Assembly (NCBI GenBank): GCA_963575745.1
Contig: CAUYUJ010000001.1
Location: 806,001 to 870,000 of the forward strand
From: Prorocentrum cordatum
Lineage: Eukaryota
Length of the DNA: 64,000 nucleotides
Direction: 5' to 3'
The stretch's first letter is position 1. Every line of letters starts with the position of its first letter. The position numbers were made by a program, and so were the translations under genes. Shown here in pieces: positions 35,602 through 49,000 of this stretch. The notes beneath the pieces are model-generated. The model was not told the origin of the DNA and ran no database searches. It was given only the letters and a program-made list of their open reading frames with translations.

Positions 35602-36631
35602 TCGCCAGAGGCGGCTTCGCCTCTGGGATCAGCTCGCGGTCGCCGCCCCGGGCACGTGCCGGACGGCCCTGCGCACCCTCGCCGGCGCCTGCCCACGTCC
35701 TGCCGCATGCGCACGGGACACCCCGACCTTGCGTGCCGTTGGAGCGGCGAGGCCGGCACGGACCAGATTTCGCACCACATGCAATGTCGCGGCGGCTGGT
35801 GGTGCGTCCGCGTTGCTTCGCGCACCGTCGCCCGTGCGTGCCTCCTGCATGCACCGCCTGGGGCTGGGCTTGCTGGAGGACTACGTCGAGGATCCGCGCG
35901 AGAACGGCCTTCGCCCTCGCGATTCGCTGCGGCAGGTTCGCGCGGCGTTAGCGCGCCCGCGACGCCGGCGAAGGCGGTCAAGGTTGAATTCCGCGACGCG
36001 GAAGCACCGATGGACACAGTAATGCCAGTGGACACGACTGAATTCAACCTTGAACGATCGGGGCCGCGATCGATTCCAGATGACAGGATCGACGCGGTGT
36101 CGAAAACTTGTGCGCGCGACGACGCCGCACGAACCTACCGCACCACACGCACAACCGCATGCGGCACCGCCCCGGGCCGCCGCAGCCAGGCCCAGCGGTG
36201 GCCCAGGCACTGGCGCGCGCTGCTGCCCCCCACGTCCAGGTGCCCCCGCTCCCCACGCGGGCCCTGCGCGAGCCGCCCGTCCAACCGGGGCCGCGGCGCA
36301 TGACCCGCTTCCGGCGCGAGCCGCCCAGCTCGCCCGACAATCCCCACGAAGAGTTCCTAATCCGGGCGGCGCCCGCGGAGACCTGCAGTCATAATGCCCG
36401 ACTCTTGCGGAGCCACGGTAGCTCGGTTCTGCCCCTTCCGTCCATCATCCTTCCTGTCATTCCTTCCCCTCCACCCCTTCATGCCGCGTTCCTCTTCCTC
36501 CTCCTTCTCCTCCTCCTCCTCCTCCTCATCCTTCTGGTACTCCTCCTCCTCCTCCTCCTCCTCCTCCTCCTCCTCCTCCTCCTCTCGTCGTCCTCCTCCT
36601 CCTCCTCCTCTTCCTCCTCTCTTCCTCCTCC

Positions 36632-36666
<35 letters not shown>

Positions 36667-36769
36667 CTCCTCCTCCTCTTTCTCCTCCTCTTCCTCCTCC
36701 TATCCCCACATCCTTTCTCCTTATAGATAGCTCCTCCTTCTCGCACCCCGAGGCGCGTCGGTAGGGCGG

Positions 36770-37200
36770 ACCGGCCGTTTCGCTTGAGACATCTCTAGAC
36801 CCACCATGTATGATAGTTACGCTGAAAATTAGAGACAGTTTCACGGATGAAGGGCGGGATGGTTCGAAAAGTGTGACTATCTCTTTAGCGTTGCGCACAT
36901 TCGTTGTTAAATGTTGCAAGAGTTTCACGGATGGAGGGCGGGCCGTTTTCAGCATGTGGTGTTCACATTGGCGTCGCGCGCATTTGTCTTAAAAGTTCGT
37001 ATGGGTTTCACGGATGGGGGGCGGATTGCTTTCAAAATGCGGTTATCGCCTTAACGCCGCGCACAGTCGTCTCAAAAATTTGCAAGAGTTCACGGTTGGA
37101 GGGCGGTGTTCAACATATGATTATCGCCCTCGCCGCGGCGCATATTCGTTTTAAAAGGTTGCAAAGGTCGCACGATGTAGGGTTGCCAGGGCGCAACACT
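36770..37200 (+). repeat. Dispersed repeat with internal ~80-bp units (TTCACGGATGGAGGGCGG); reverse copy at ~60340-60660
   Basis: Units at ~36840, 36924, 37007 and 37089. Reverse-complement CCCTCCATC(C/T)GTGAA at ~60405 and ~60580. The end motif GTTTCGCTTGAGACATC recurs inverted as GATGTCTCAGGCGAAA at 60633 and 62795. Confidence 0.7.
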
Positions 37201-37600
37201 CATGTTGGTTCGCGGTGAAGTTCCAGGAACGGCGGTCTGATACGATGCATCATCGTCAGGACGTAACAGTAACGTTGATTCGCGGCGTTGGAGTCCCAGT
37301 AATGGTGTCTTGGCACGGTTTAGGATGTGCAAACGGTTGTATTCCAACAGGACCTTTCCCCCAGTGGAAATGAAGCCTCGCCCCTCCTTCCTTGCCTCCT
37401 TCGTTCCCTGCTCCTCCCTCCCTCCTCCTCTGGCGGCGCCAGGCCGCCGCCTCGGACCCCTCTGCGCGGAGGCCCGGCCGCCCACACCCCACGCCCCGCT
37501 CGACCCAAGGGCAGGGTTGGCGGGCTCCCGGCTGCGGCCGAGCGCGGGCCCGGGCTCGGGCCCGGGCGGGCTCGGGGTTGGGCTTCTCAGAGGAGGAGGA

Positions 37601-37740
37601 GGTACCGATGCCGCTGGCCTTGCTTCGTTTGGCCTTGTGGGGCATCCTGGGAGGCTCTCCGTCCCCACCGCTGGATTCGCTTCGGATTTCTAGTCGGGAC
37701 GCACCCCGGGAGAGTTCCGCGGAGTAGCGGTATGGATGCC
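37601..37740. mobile_element. MITE family M1 (~100-140 bp); other copies at 51922-52048, 52461-52562 and 56546-56683
   Basis: Imperfect TIR consensus GGTACCGATACCGCTAC...GTAGCGGTATCGGTACC, and a shared core GCTGGATTC...GAACGCACCCC..GAGAGGTC in four copies. Confidence 0.7.
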
Positions 37741-38635
37741 GCTTAGTTTCCCAGTTTGAGCTCGGGCGCGGACCATCTTGGGCTCGGGCTCAGGCTTCGG
37801 CTCAGGCTCGGCCTCGGCCTCGGGCTGAGCTCGAGCTCGGGCTGAGGCTCAGGAAGCGGACCAAGATCTCCGACGATGTGATTTCTCCGATGGCAAATCA
37901 TGGGAGCCTTCTGTTTCCTTGTAACTTCGTCTTAGGAACGCACTGGCCTGCGCCAGCGTTTGGTAACCGATGGGACAGCGCCGGCTTAGCGTCGATTTAG
38001 CGCTGGCTAGCGTCAAGCAGCGTGTCTTCGGGTTGGGCAGCGCTGATTCGCAAAAGCCAGCAAGATGAGATGAGAGGCTCCTTTGAGTTGCCACAGCAGT
38101 TGTTCGTTTTCCGATACGGGTGTTCTCCCTCGATTTCGGAAGGGCGCGGGAGGCGTGCGCAGGGCGAGAGTTCGTCGGAGACGAAGGGCGAGGGGGGCGT
38201 GCGGGGGGCGGGTGAGCGGCTGGCCCCCTTCCCAGATCTCCGACCATGTAGTTGTTGGTTCCGTCTGGGCGTTCTTCCTCGACTTCGGCCTCTGCAAGTT
38301 GGCGGCGCGCAGAGGGGGGCAGGAGGAGGGGGAAGGCGTCTTAGAAGGGGGCTGCTTCTTAGAAGCCGCCAGCCTTACATGTAAAGAGAAGGCCCGTGCC
38401 TTCCAAGAAGCAGGGGTGCTTCTAAGAAGCCTTCCACCCTCCTCCTACCCCCCTCCGCGCGCCGCAAAGCAAGGTCCCCGTGGCCATCCGGAGTGCTGCG
38501 ACGACGGTGCGCTGGTCCGCGGCGAGCAGCGCGTGGCGCGACGGTGTCCGCGATGGCGCGCGCCGCGCGGCGCGAACCTCAAGCTCGGAAGGGGGAGCCG
38601 CCTCAACCTAGCGTCGTTCAGGCGATCGCACACGT

Positions 38636-38930
38636 GGATCAAGGGGGCGTGAATAAGCGACGGGGCCCATTTCCATGGGAAATCGCGGAATTCCGCCGCC
38701 GAACGAGGCCGCACTGGCCGCATTTGGGGAAGGGCGCCTCCCTCGATCCATGGATTTGGCGACCGCGCGCCAAATCCATGGATCGTTAATCCATGTTTGC
38801 GCGCCCCGGAGTCGTGTCGTCGTGACTGTCTCAACACGTCGGGCGTTCCCACGACCAGGCACAGTAGCGCACTGAAGAGCCCGATGCGTCCTCCATAGCC
38901 ACCCCCGGGGCTCAGAGATCCCTGGAGTAT
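38636..38930 (+). repeat. Uninterrupted copy of the dispersed repeat that is split at 17743-19075
   Basis: Contiguous ...CGATCCATGGATTTGGCGACCGC...; serves as a paralogous empty site. Confidence 0.85.
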
Positions 38931-40053
38931 CCCAGTCCGACTGTGATCTTGCCTGGGCTTCGTATTCCATGTGCGGCCCCCAGAGTTCTCGACCCTCGCT
39001 CCGGCCCGTCCCGGGCTGTTCTTGTCGACGGGTCCGTGGCCCAGAATCGGAGGGCGCCAGCTATACACAGATACCGGTCTTGGGGCAGATCCACCCTGGG
39101 CACAGGATCGGTGTGCACAGGACACGGGGCTCCAGGAGGCCGATGCCTGTGTCAAGCAGCCTCAACCTACCACGCTTTTCCAAGTCGTGGGAGGTCCGTG
39201 GGTCTCCCAGCGCTCTGCCGCCCTCTGGCGACCCGTCCGCCCCTCCATCTGCAATAATGCCAGCGGGTGGATCGCCCATTGATCGAGCGTCACCAGACAT
39301 GCTCACGACCTGGAAAAATATGGACGGGCGGTTTTCGGCCGTTATCGACCCCTTGGGGCCCTTACCAGGCCCCGGGACCGTCAAAAAACGATTCAGTATG
39401 AAAAACCGGCCCTGGAGAAATGGTCGGGACTTCTATGGACCCCGTATTGGAAACATCAGGACATCGCATGTCTGGATCCAGAGCCCCCTCGATCCTCGAT
39501 CCTCCCCCGTCCGCGGTCTTCGATTTTCAGGAGACGAAAGTGACCCCCTGAATGGTGACTGGAAAGTTTTGCTACCGCCCCGGTGGCTCCGGAGGCCCCT
39601 GGGAGGCTTCCCGAGGCAAAATCCGAAAACCTCCCGCCACGACCCTCAACAGGCACGCTGTTACAGGAAGGTCTGTCCACCAGGTGACATTGTGAGCACA
39701 GGGGTGTAGCGGACACATCGCGTAACGTAGTTGGTTCCATGTGGGTGTACAGGCCCCCAACCGCACGCTGAAGAGCCAACGGCCCCGTTGATTGTTACTC
39801 GCTTGTCGTATCCCGCCTCGACCCTCGATGGTCGAGGGCAAACTTGGGCAGTGGCGACCCCCCTCTGCATCAGGCTCGCATCGGCGACCCCCCTCTGCAT
39901 CAGGGTCGATGCATCCCCGCCCATGAGCCAATCCTCGTCGTCGGGTTTTCGAGTCATACCTCGGGTCTCTGGGACGTTCCAGGCACCCCAGGACGCTTCT
40001 CAGCGAGAAGCAGCCGCTGGAGAACATCCCGAAGCGGGGAAACTTGCGGGAAC

Positions 40054-40268
40054 CTTCGAGTCGGCGGCGCGCCTGGGGGGGAAGTGAGAAGGGGCGGGCC
40101 TTCTCAGAAGGCTCGGAAGTCCCCCCGCCTCCTGAGAAGTTTCCTAGCCCGCCCCCGAAGACACAGAAAACTTCTCAGAAGGCGCGAGGGCTTCTGAGAA
40201 GTCCCGCCGCCTTTGAGAGAGCCCTCTCCTTCTCACTTCCCCCCCGCCTCGCCCGCTGCCGATCGAAG
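40054..40268. mobile_element. MITE family M2 (~200 bp); second copy 50163-50365, fragments at ~20110-20190 and ~57095-57550
   Basis: TIR TCGGCGGCG..GGGGGAAGTGAGAAGG / CCTTCTCACTTCCCCC..CGCTGCCGA, with internal CTTCTCAGAAG / CTTCTGAGAAG near-palindromes. Confidence 0.75.
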
Positions 40269-42119
40269 ACTTCCAAAGCCCTTGAGAAAGAGAACTGCCA
40301 CACCGCCCCTCCCCCGCCCCCCGCGCGCATGCTCGGCCGCCGAGCCACACCGCGCCACCCCAACCGCGCGCCCGGAGGTCATCGCGGAGTTCTTCGAGGC
40401 TCGCCCCCCGCGCGCGCGGCGGGGAGGGAGAGCGGTGCGGTCAGGAAGCGCGGGCTGACAGTCAGAGCGCAGGGCAGGGAGGAGCAGCTTTCGAAGGTTG
40501 CCCATGCATCCTTGCCCCTTCGGTCCATCCTTGGCCACGTTCGCTGTCCGCGCTCCGCTCGAAAAATGTGGGCATGGCCTTCCAAGCCCCGTGCACCCTT
40601 GTCGTGCATCCTGGTGACACGCGTTTGCCGTACGATGAGGAAGCTTTTTTTGGCTCAGCGTGTCGCGCCGCCGACCGTGCCGTGAATGTGAGCCTGCTCC
40701 CAGGCGCATTCTAAAGAACTACACGACTTGAGGGTTGCCTGGCTGTCCCGCGGCCCTCCCTCTCCTCGCCCCATCGCCCGCCTGCACCCCGGCGCCTCGA
40801 TTCACAACGCACGCGTCCCGCCGTCAGCCTGACCGTCTTGTGGGGCCCCCTTCGCCGCAGACCAGAGAGATGTCGCGCCGCCAGTCCTGGCCCACCACGC
40901 TGCGGCGCGACACGCTGACCGGGGCCTGGTCCCCGAGCGTCCACGTCCCGAGCTCTTCCACGCCCCCCGCCCCGCGGGGCAGAGCGACACGCTGTCCGCC
41001 TGCAGGGCGCAGCACGTCGCTGGGGCCGCAGCCGCGACGCGCGAAGCAGGCGTGCCCGACCGCAGAGAGGGAGAGACCCGCTGCGCTCTTGCCCCCTCGG
41101 GCGCCTTCGTGCGGTTGTGCGCGGCCGCCAGGGGGCAGAAGGAAAGGAGTCTCAGGACGCTGGAGTTCGGGCCACTTCGGGCTCAGGAGGGGCCCTGGTT
41201 TTTCGGGCCGTTCTCTCAGGTCTTTGTCGGGGGGCCCATCCGTGGCCGAGGCTTGCCGTGGCCAGACAAGGCGCTTCGCTCATCATTCTGCGTGAGCTGT
41301 GGCAGCTCGATTGGTGCACGCCTGTTGTGTGAGAGCGCGAGCAGTGCAGGAAGCAGCCGTGCAAAGCAACGGGAGGCGAATGAAGCCACCCTGCTGCTGC
41401 AGAGGCCCAGGAGGTGAAGCGCGAGGAAGGCATGCGTGGGGCCGCGGGGTCTTGCGCTGGGGGGAGAGCGGCCCCTCCTTCGGCCACCAGAGCCTGCCCT
41501 GCTGAAAGTAGGACGGCTGCGACGCACGCCGCGCGAGGCGGCTCAAGCATTTTGGCCCGTGAGCCGCCTCGCGCGGCGTGAGTCGCAGCCACCGTACTTG
41601 TAGCTTTGATCCTGAGAAAAAAAAAACAGTGTATGTTTTTCCCCCCCCCGAGCCAGTCACCCCATGTCACCCCCACGAAGTCTCACTCGCGTGACTTGGC
41701 ATTGCCCTTCGTGCGGGATGTGCGCTGGCAGCGTGCGCAGTGCCGTCGCGCCAGCAGTGTACGGAGTCTGCGCCGGCAATCGCACCACGACCAGCACGGG
41801 CGGCCCAAGTGCCAGTGGGAAGGCCAACGTGCGAGGTGCAGCAGAAGATGCCAGGACCTCTGCCAAAGACCTCTGCAAGCGCCCAAGGCTTCAGGTGTGA
41901 AGCATCGGAGGTGAGGGAGTGAGATCGAAATGGAACGGAGAGCCCCCCTACCGGGAAGTCGGTTTCGGTTTCGGTTTCGGTTTGGTGTTCGTGCGTGTCG
42001 TGCGTGCGGGCGAGGCGAAGCTGCATGGGCGGGCGAGAAGTGTCCCGCCTCTGGCTGAGGCGCGGCCGGACCAAATGTTTCCTGTCCGGGGCCTGGTGGC
42101 GCGCGGTGTCCCGCCGGTG

Positions 42120-42145
42120 TCCCGCAGGTGTCCCGTCGGTGTCCC

Positions 42146-42186
<41 letters not shown>

Positions 42187-42393
42187 GGAGGAGGATGAGG
42201 ATGAGGATGAGGGAGGATGAGGATGAGGATGAGGATGAGGATGAGGATGAGGATGAGGATGAGGATGAGGATGAGGATGAGGATGAGGATGAGGATGAGG
42301 ATGAGGATGAGGATGAGGATGAGGATGAGGATGAGGATGAGGATGACGATGACGATGTTGATGATGATGGTGATGATGATGATGATGAGGATG

Positions 42394-42424
<31 letters not shown>

Positions 42425-42607
42425 GGACGGTGGTGTTCCGATGATGATGGTGTCCCGATGATGCTGATGTTGATGATTATGATGGTGACGATGACGGTGT
42501 CCCGATGATGATTGTGATGATGATGATGATGATGGCCATGGTGGTGATGATGATGGCACCCCGATGATGATGATGATGATGATCCTGATGATGTTGATGA
42601 TACTGAT

Positions 42608-42661
<54 letters not shown>

Positions 42662-42913
42662 GTGCCCTGGTGATGATGATGATGATGATGATGATGATGA
42701 GGTTGATGATGCTGTTGATGATGATGGTGATGATGATGGTGTCCCGATGATGATGATGATGTTGATGCTGATGATGACGATGATGGTGTCCCGATGATGA
42801 TGATGACGATGATAATGATGTTGATGACGAGGATGATGACGAGGTGATGATGATGATTATGATGATGGTGGTCCGATGATGATGATGCTGATGTTGATCA
42901 TGATGGTGTCCCC

Positions 42914-42949
<36 letters not shown>

Positions 42950-43610
42950 GTGGTGACGATGATGATGATGGTGAAAACGATGATGGTGTCCCGATGGTGA
43001 TGATGTTGATGATGTTGCTGATGATGATGATGATGATGATGGTGTCCCGATGACGATGATGTTGATGATGCTGTTCATGATGATGGTGATGATGAGATGG
43101 TGAGGATGATGATGGTGGTGGTGTTCCGATGATGATGATGGTGTGCCGATGATGATGATGATGTTGATGATGATGATGGTGACGATGATGGTGTCCCGAT
43201 GATGATGGTGATGCTGGTGATGATGATGATGGTGATGAGGTGATGATGATGATGATGGTGTCCCGATGATGATGATGATGACGATGACGATGATGATGAT
43301 GATGATGCTGATGATGATGATGCTGATGACGTTGATGACGATGCTGTTGATGATGATGACGTTGATTGTGAGATCGATTGTGATACCGATAGTGAGATTC
43401 ATAGTGGGACCGAATGTGAGATAGATTGTGAGATCGATTGTGCGATCGATGGTGAGATCGATTGCGAGATCGATAGTCAGATCGATTGTGGGATCGATCG
43501 AATGAAATAGATCGAGTGCGATCGATTGTGAGATCGATCGGGTGAGATCGATCGAGCGAGACCGATAGTGGTATCGATAGTGAGATCGATAGTCAGACCG
43601 ATCGAGTGAG
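42120..43610. repeat. Compound (GAT)/(GAGGAT)n tract punctuated by GGTGTCCCGAT, followed by a GATCGATTGTGA-type ~12-bp repeat (43365-43610)
   Basis: Directly visible. Confidence 0.92.
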
Positions 43611-43774
43611 ACGTTGGTTCTCCCCCCCCCGAACCTCCTTATCGCCCGAAGGGTGGTCGTATAGGTAGCCGTATAGGGCTGTGGGCCAGGGCCCAGGCGA
43701 AGTCAGGGCGCGGACTACAAGCGGGACCCGCAGCGCGCGGGAGAAATTATCATGACGAAGGACTCAACAATGTG

Positions 43775-45322
43775 CAGTTGTGCGAACCGCGATGTGGCCA
43801 TCGCTTTCGGTGTGGCATCCTATGGGGCCACGAAACGAGTCAGGAGTGTGCCGAAATGGGTTGGGGACCGCATGCGAACTGCGCCACGGAGGCACTCGGT
43901 GGAGCTCCCTCGTGTGGCACGAAGCGTGTGAGGGGCGTGCCGAAACGGGCGTGAAGCCCACATGCGAAATGCGCCACGGAGGCACTCGGTGGAGGTCCCT
44001 ATGGGGCCACAAAACGTGTGAGGAGCGTGCTGGAATGAGTGGGGAACCGCATGCGAACTGCGCGACGGAGGCACTCGGTGGAGCTCCCTATCGGGCCACG
44101 AAACGTATGAGGAGTGTGCCGAAACGAGTGCGACGCCCACATGCGAACTGCGCTACGGCACTCGGTGGAGCTGCTTATGGGGCCACGAAACGCGTAAGGG
44201 GTGTGCCGAAACAGGCGTGACGCACACATGCGGAATGCGCAACGGGGGCCTTAGATGGAGCGCCCGATGGGGCCACGAAACGTGTGAGGGGTGTGCCGAC
44301 ACGGGAGTGACGCCCACATGCGAATTGCGCCACGGAGGCACTCGGTGCAGCTCCCTATGGGGCCACGAAACGTGTGAGGGGTGTGCCGACACGGGAGTGA
44401 CGCCCACATGCGAATTGCGCCACGAGGGCACTCCGTGCAGGCACCCTGCGGAGCTCCTTATGGGACCATGAAACGCATGAGGAGTGTGCCGAAACAGGCG
44501 GGACGCCCACATTCGAACCGCGCCACGGAGGCACCCTGCGGAGCTCTGTATGGGGCCACGAAACGAGTCAGGTGTGTGCCGGAGTGGGTGGGGAGCCGCA
44601 TGCGAATTGCGCCACGGAGGCACTCGGTGGCCACAAAACGTGTCAGGAATGTGCCGGAGTGGGTGGGCAACCGCATGCGAACTGCGCCACGGAGACACTC
44701 GGTGGAGCTCCCTATGAGGCCACGAAACGCGTGAGGGGTGCGCCGAAACGGGGGTGACACTCACATGCGTACTGCGCCAGGGCGCTCGGTGCAGCTCCCG
44801 ATTGTGCCACGAAGCGTGTGAGGGGCGCGCCGGCACGCGAGTGACGCCCACATGCGAACTGCGCCACGGAGGCACTCGGTGCAGCTCCCTCTGGGGCCAC
44901 GAAACGTGTGAGGGGTGTGCCGAAACAGGCGTGACGCTCACATGCGTACTGCGCCAGGGCGCTCGGTGCAGCTCCCGATTGTGCCACGAAGCGTGTGAGT
45001 GGTGTGCCGAAACTGGCGCGACGCACACATTCGAACTGCGCCACGGAGGCACTCGGTGGAGCTGCCTATGGGGCCACGAAACGTGTGAGGGGTGTGCCGA
45101 CATGGGCGATGATGGTGGTGATGATGATGTTGAAGAAGAAGAAGAAAAAGAAGAAGAAGAAGAAGAAGGTGATGATGAAGATGATAATGCTGGTGCTGCT
45201 AACGATGATGATGAAGATGCTGATGATAACGATGCTTGTGACGATAGCGGTGATGATGGTGATGGTGATGGTGATGTAGATGATAATGACAGTGTTGATG
45301 ATGATGATGATGACGATGATGG

Positions 45323-45366
<44 letters not shown>

Positions 45367-45620
45367 ATGATGAGGAGGAGGATGAGGATGAGGATGAGGA
45401 TGAGGACAAGGATGATGATGAGGATGAGGATGATGATGCTGATGATGATGTTGATGGTGCTCATGATGATGGTGGTGGTAATGGTGATGGCGATGAGGAT
45501 GAGGATGAGGATGAGGGTGATGCTGCTTATGCTGAAGACGATGAAGATGACGACCACTCTAACGATGACGATAGTTATGATGGAGAAGACGACGACGATG
45601 ATGATGACGATGATGATGAC

Positions 45621-45681
<61 letters not shown>

Positions 45682-45952
45682 GTGATGGTGATGGTGATGC
45701 TGATGATCGTCGAGATGGTCATGATGGTAATGATGATAGTGATGATGATGACCATGCTGATGCTGATGATGAGGGTGCCGGTGCTGATGGTGATGCTGCT
45801 TATGATGATGACGGCGTGGCGACGACGACGACGATGGTCATGATGTTGATGATGGTGTTGTTGATGTTGATGACGACGACGACGACGACGATGATGATGA
45901 TAATGATGATAATGATGATCGTGATCGCGATGATCATGATGGTCATGCTGAT

Positions 45953-45983
<31 letters not shown>

Positions 45984-46035
45984 AGCAGAATCATCACCAT
46001 CATCTTCATCATCATGAGCATGATGATCATGATGA
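43775..46035 (+). repeat. Second ~90-bp satellite array (43775-45105) with a long (GAT)n-derived tail (45109-46035)
   Basis: Same conserved block GGTGGAGCTCCCTATGGGGCCACGAAACGTGTGAGGGGTGTGCCGA as 1080-1925. The variable block differs between the two arrays. Confidence 0.92.
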
Positions 46036-49000
46036 TGGGAGGAGGGAGGAGGGGGCGAAGAGCAGGCAGGGGCGAGGAGGAGGAGGAGGAGGAACAGTTG
46101 TTCCCCACCCAGCAGGTCGGGGTTCTCAGATTCAGAGGAAAGAGCTCCGGACCCGCCTTGTCCACCATGTCCACAGTGGCCGCCAGACCCTAAGGATGCT
46201 GGTTTTCCCTGGGTTTTCCGCCTCCCGTCTTCAACGAATGACGATTGCATACCGCGCCCGCCAGGCCCTAAGGGTCCCGGCTCTACCTGTGGATCTTGCC
46301 TCGCGTTCTCGGTTGGGGATCGATCGAAGCAACCGAAGTTTTAGTCTGAAAGCTTCCTGTGGGACCATCGTCGCCACGGTTGGGTCCGCCTCGGGATCCC
46401 TGTCAGAGCGCGCCCCAGGTCAGCTCCCGGGGTCGACTTTGTGAAGTGGGGGGGCTGCTCGGGAAGCCCACGGCGGCGGAAAGGAACAGCACCATAAGTT
46501 TTAGCCGAGCGAAAGATGGCCTGGATGCTCCTTGTCCTTCTCCTCCTCCGTCGCGTGGCTTTGCCCCCCCATCCCACCCTGCCTTCCGCCCCCTGCCTTG
46601 CTTAGTCAGTTCGCGCGCGCAGCGTCTGCGAATACCAGGACTCCGCCGTTCCCCGCTCATGCGCTGGACGACGTACGTATGGCTTTCTGTTCCGTTCAGT
46701 TCCTCCGTGCTCCTTCCGCCAGACGTTCCTCCTAACCCTCCTCCTCCGTCTTCGGAGGGTCTCGAAGTCTGTCTCGCCGTCTGGATGGGGCCTCCAGCAG
46801 CCCCCCCCCGACAGGCCCAGAAGGTCAAATCCGGGAGAACACCTCCGGCTGTGGCTCATCTCTCTCTCTCTCTCTCCTCACGCTCGACGTGGCCTTGGGG
46901 GGCGGAGAGCGCATCGGAATCCACGGGCCTTCCTCCTCCTCCTCCTCCTCCTCCTCCTCCTCCTCCTCCTCCTCCTCCTCCTCCTCCTCCTCCTCCTCGC
47001 GGCCTGGCCTCCTCGGCCGCAGCCTCGTGCCTGCGGGGCGGCTCTGCGAGGAGTGCCTACCCCCTCCCGCGCGGGGCGCAGCCACGCCCTCGCGCCCTCG
47101 GTGGCCAGGCCGCGAGGGCGCGGAAGAGGCCCTTCAACAAAACAGCGATCGGGTCGGGAGGATTCGGAGGTGGATTGATGGACCTCCTACCCTGACACGT
47201 CGATTAGCGATTTTCACTAAAGGGTGGTGTGCTAAAGGGAGGTTTGTCCACCGCCGAGAGGGCGTGGATGAGACCATTCAGCAAGACAGCGACCGGGTTG
47301 GGAGGATGGTGCTGGGAGGGATGGTCCGACCATTCGCGTTGTCGTGTGTGTCGGGCTGACCCAAAAGTGGGTCCAGCGACATGGGATGGTGCAATAGATT
47401 TGGTGCAATGTATTTGTGGGGTTGCAATACATTTGGGGCGTGCAACATTTTCCGGGGCGCAATATGTATTGCTGGATTCTCGCGTGCAATACATGAGTTG
47501 CAATACAATGCAATACAAATCTCGGGTGCTATACATTTGCAATACAATTGCCCCAAATATGTTGCGCCACCCCCTTGCAGCTGGACCCCCTTTTTGGGTT
47601 ACCCAAAGTATGTCGAGTGTGCGTATGTTTCACAGTCGTGCCATCCTTCCAAACCCAGCCTCCCAATAAGATCCGAGCATGTTCTTTGGGTGGAGGGCAA
47701 ACGGTGGAGTCTGTAATGCCGTTTCGATGGATGTTCGAGGTGCAAACGCCCATATGGATTTCACCCTGAGCCCTCCACCCGAAGAACATGCTCAGAAGAT
47801 GACCGTCTTGCTGGATCACGGGCCCGGCTCGTCGCTCGCGAGCGCGCCCCCGCCACGCCCTGCAGTTCCACGGCCTCCGACACACGCTGGCGGTCTTCCG
47901 TGCCGAGGCCCAGCGCCCAGCACGCTCGGCGCTGGGGGGGGGAGTGCTTTTTTTGGGGGGGGAGAGGAGTGTGCAGGCGGGCAGCGGACACAGACGGACG
48001 TGCACCGTGCTGCCTCCTGGGGCTCCAGCGAGCCAGGTAGACGACTCCTCCTCCGCCGCCTCCTCCTCCTCCTCTTCTCCTCCTCCTCCTCCTCCTCCTC
48101 CTCCTCCTCCTCCTCCCCCTGTTCCCCCGCCCTCCCTGGGCTTCTCCTCTTCCTCTCCCCACCCTCTGGGATTATGTCCTCGTCGCGATCCTCTGCCCCC
48201 TCCTCTGCTCTCTCTGTTGCTGCTTGCTCTGGGTCGACCCGCTGTCTGGAGCATGGGCGCGTCCCTCACCTGAGCCCAAATGAAATGAGAATCCCTAACC
48301 TCCCTTCTCCTGCTCCCCCTCCTCCCCTTGGTATTTGTCATATAATGACCCCTCTTGCCGGAGCGTCGGAGACGGCATGCTTCCAGGGAAGGGGGAGGCG
48401 TCTGCGCGAGATCAAGGAGGAGGGGGGGAGTCAAGCGACCGACGACTTCAAGAGTCTTCTGTTCAGGGCGCTTGTCTCAGCAGCCACTCCAGCTGGAGTG
48501 CTTCCTTCTCGTGCGTGCTTTCTCGCAGTTGTGCACGCATGACCGTGTCTCACCAGCTCACCCGTTCAGCATCGGCGCAAGGGGGGGGGAAGCCGAGGAC
48601 CCAGACCTCTGGGGACCCCATCGCTCCGCAGGCTTGTTGCTCAGTGCTCCGCATCCGGATGCCGCCTCTGGGCCACGAGGCCGTCAAAGATCGGTTCGGG
48701 GAGAAGAGCCGGCAGGGGGGCCGAAGTGCCCAAAGGCTTCCAGGGTTCCGACGGCGTGGCTGCCTGGAAGCTGCCGCTTCTCCAGAACGTTCGGTCTCCG
48801 CGGGCCTTCTTTGGGCACCGGGGCCAGCAGGAAAGCAGCTCGGGACGAAGCGACGACCCTCGGCGAGGGCCCTGGGGGGCCACGCACCGAGAACACACGA
48901 CGTCGGAGGGCTGCCTGCTGGGGAAAGGGGTGAAGGATGACGCAGGGGCCTGGGCGAATGAATATGGAGGGACGGGGGGAGAGATGGACAAGAAGCGTGA

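Noticed and set aside
41540..41563. GGCTCAAG-CATTTTGGCCCG as tandem SL relics (also TTTTGGCTCAG at ~40648)
   Set aside because: Short partial matches without CCGTAG and with no linked ORF, TSD or polyA; compatible with chance.
41152..41676. Minus-strand ORF with a signal-peptide-like stretch (MLEPPRAACVAAVLLSAG)
   Set aside because: No recognisable domain or supporting exon structure; it cannot be supported from sequence alone.
43775..45105. CRISPR-like conserved/variable alternation (also 1117-1925)
   Set aside because: The variable parts are homologous to each other rather than unique spacers. There are no cas genes and the context is eukaryotic; this is a satellite.
44153..46250. Poly-D/M/S/I ORFs here and at 22.2-22.6, 24.1-25.1, 41.9-43.4 and 57.4-59.2 kb
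   Set aside because: Trinucleotide tracts are open in several frames; there is no domain content.
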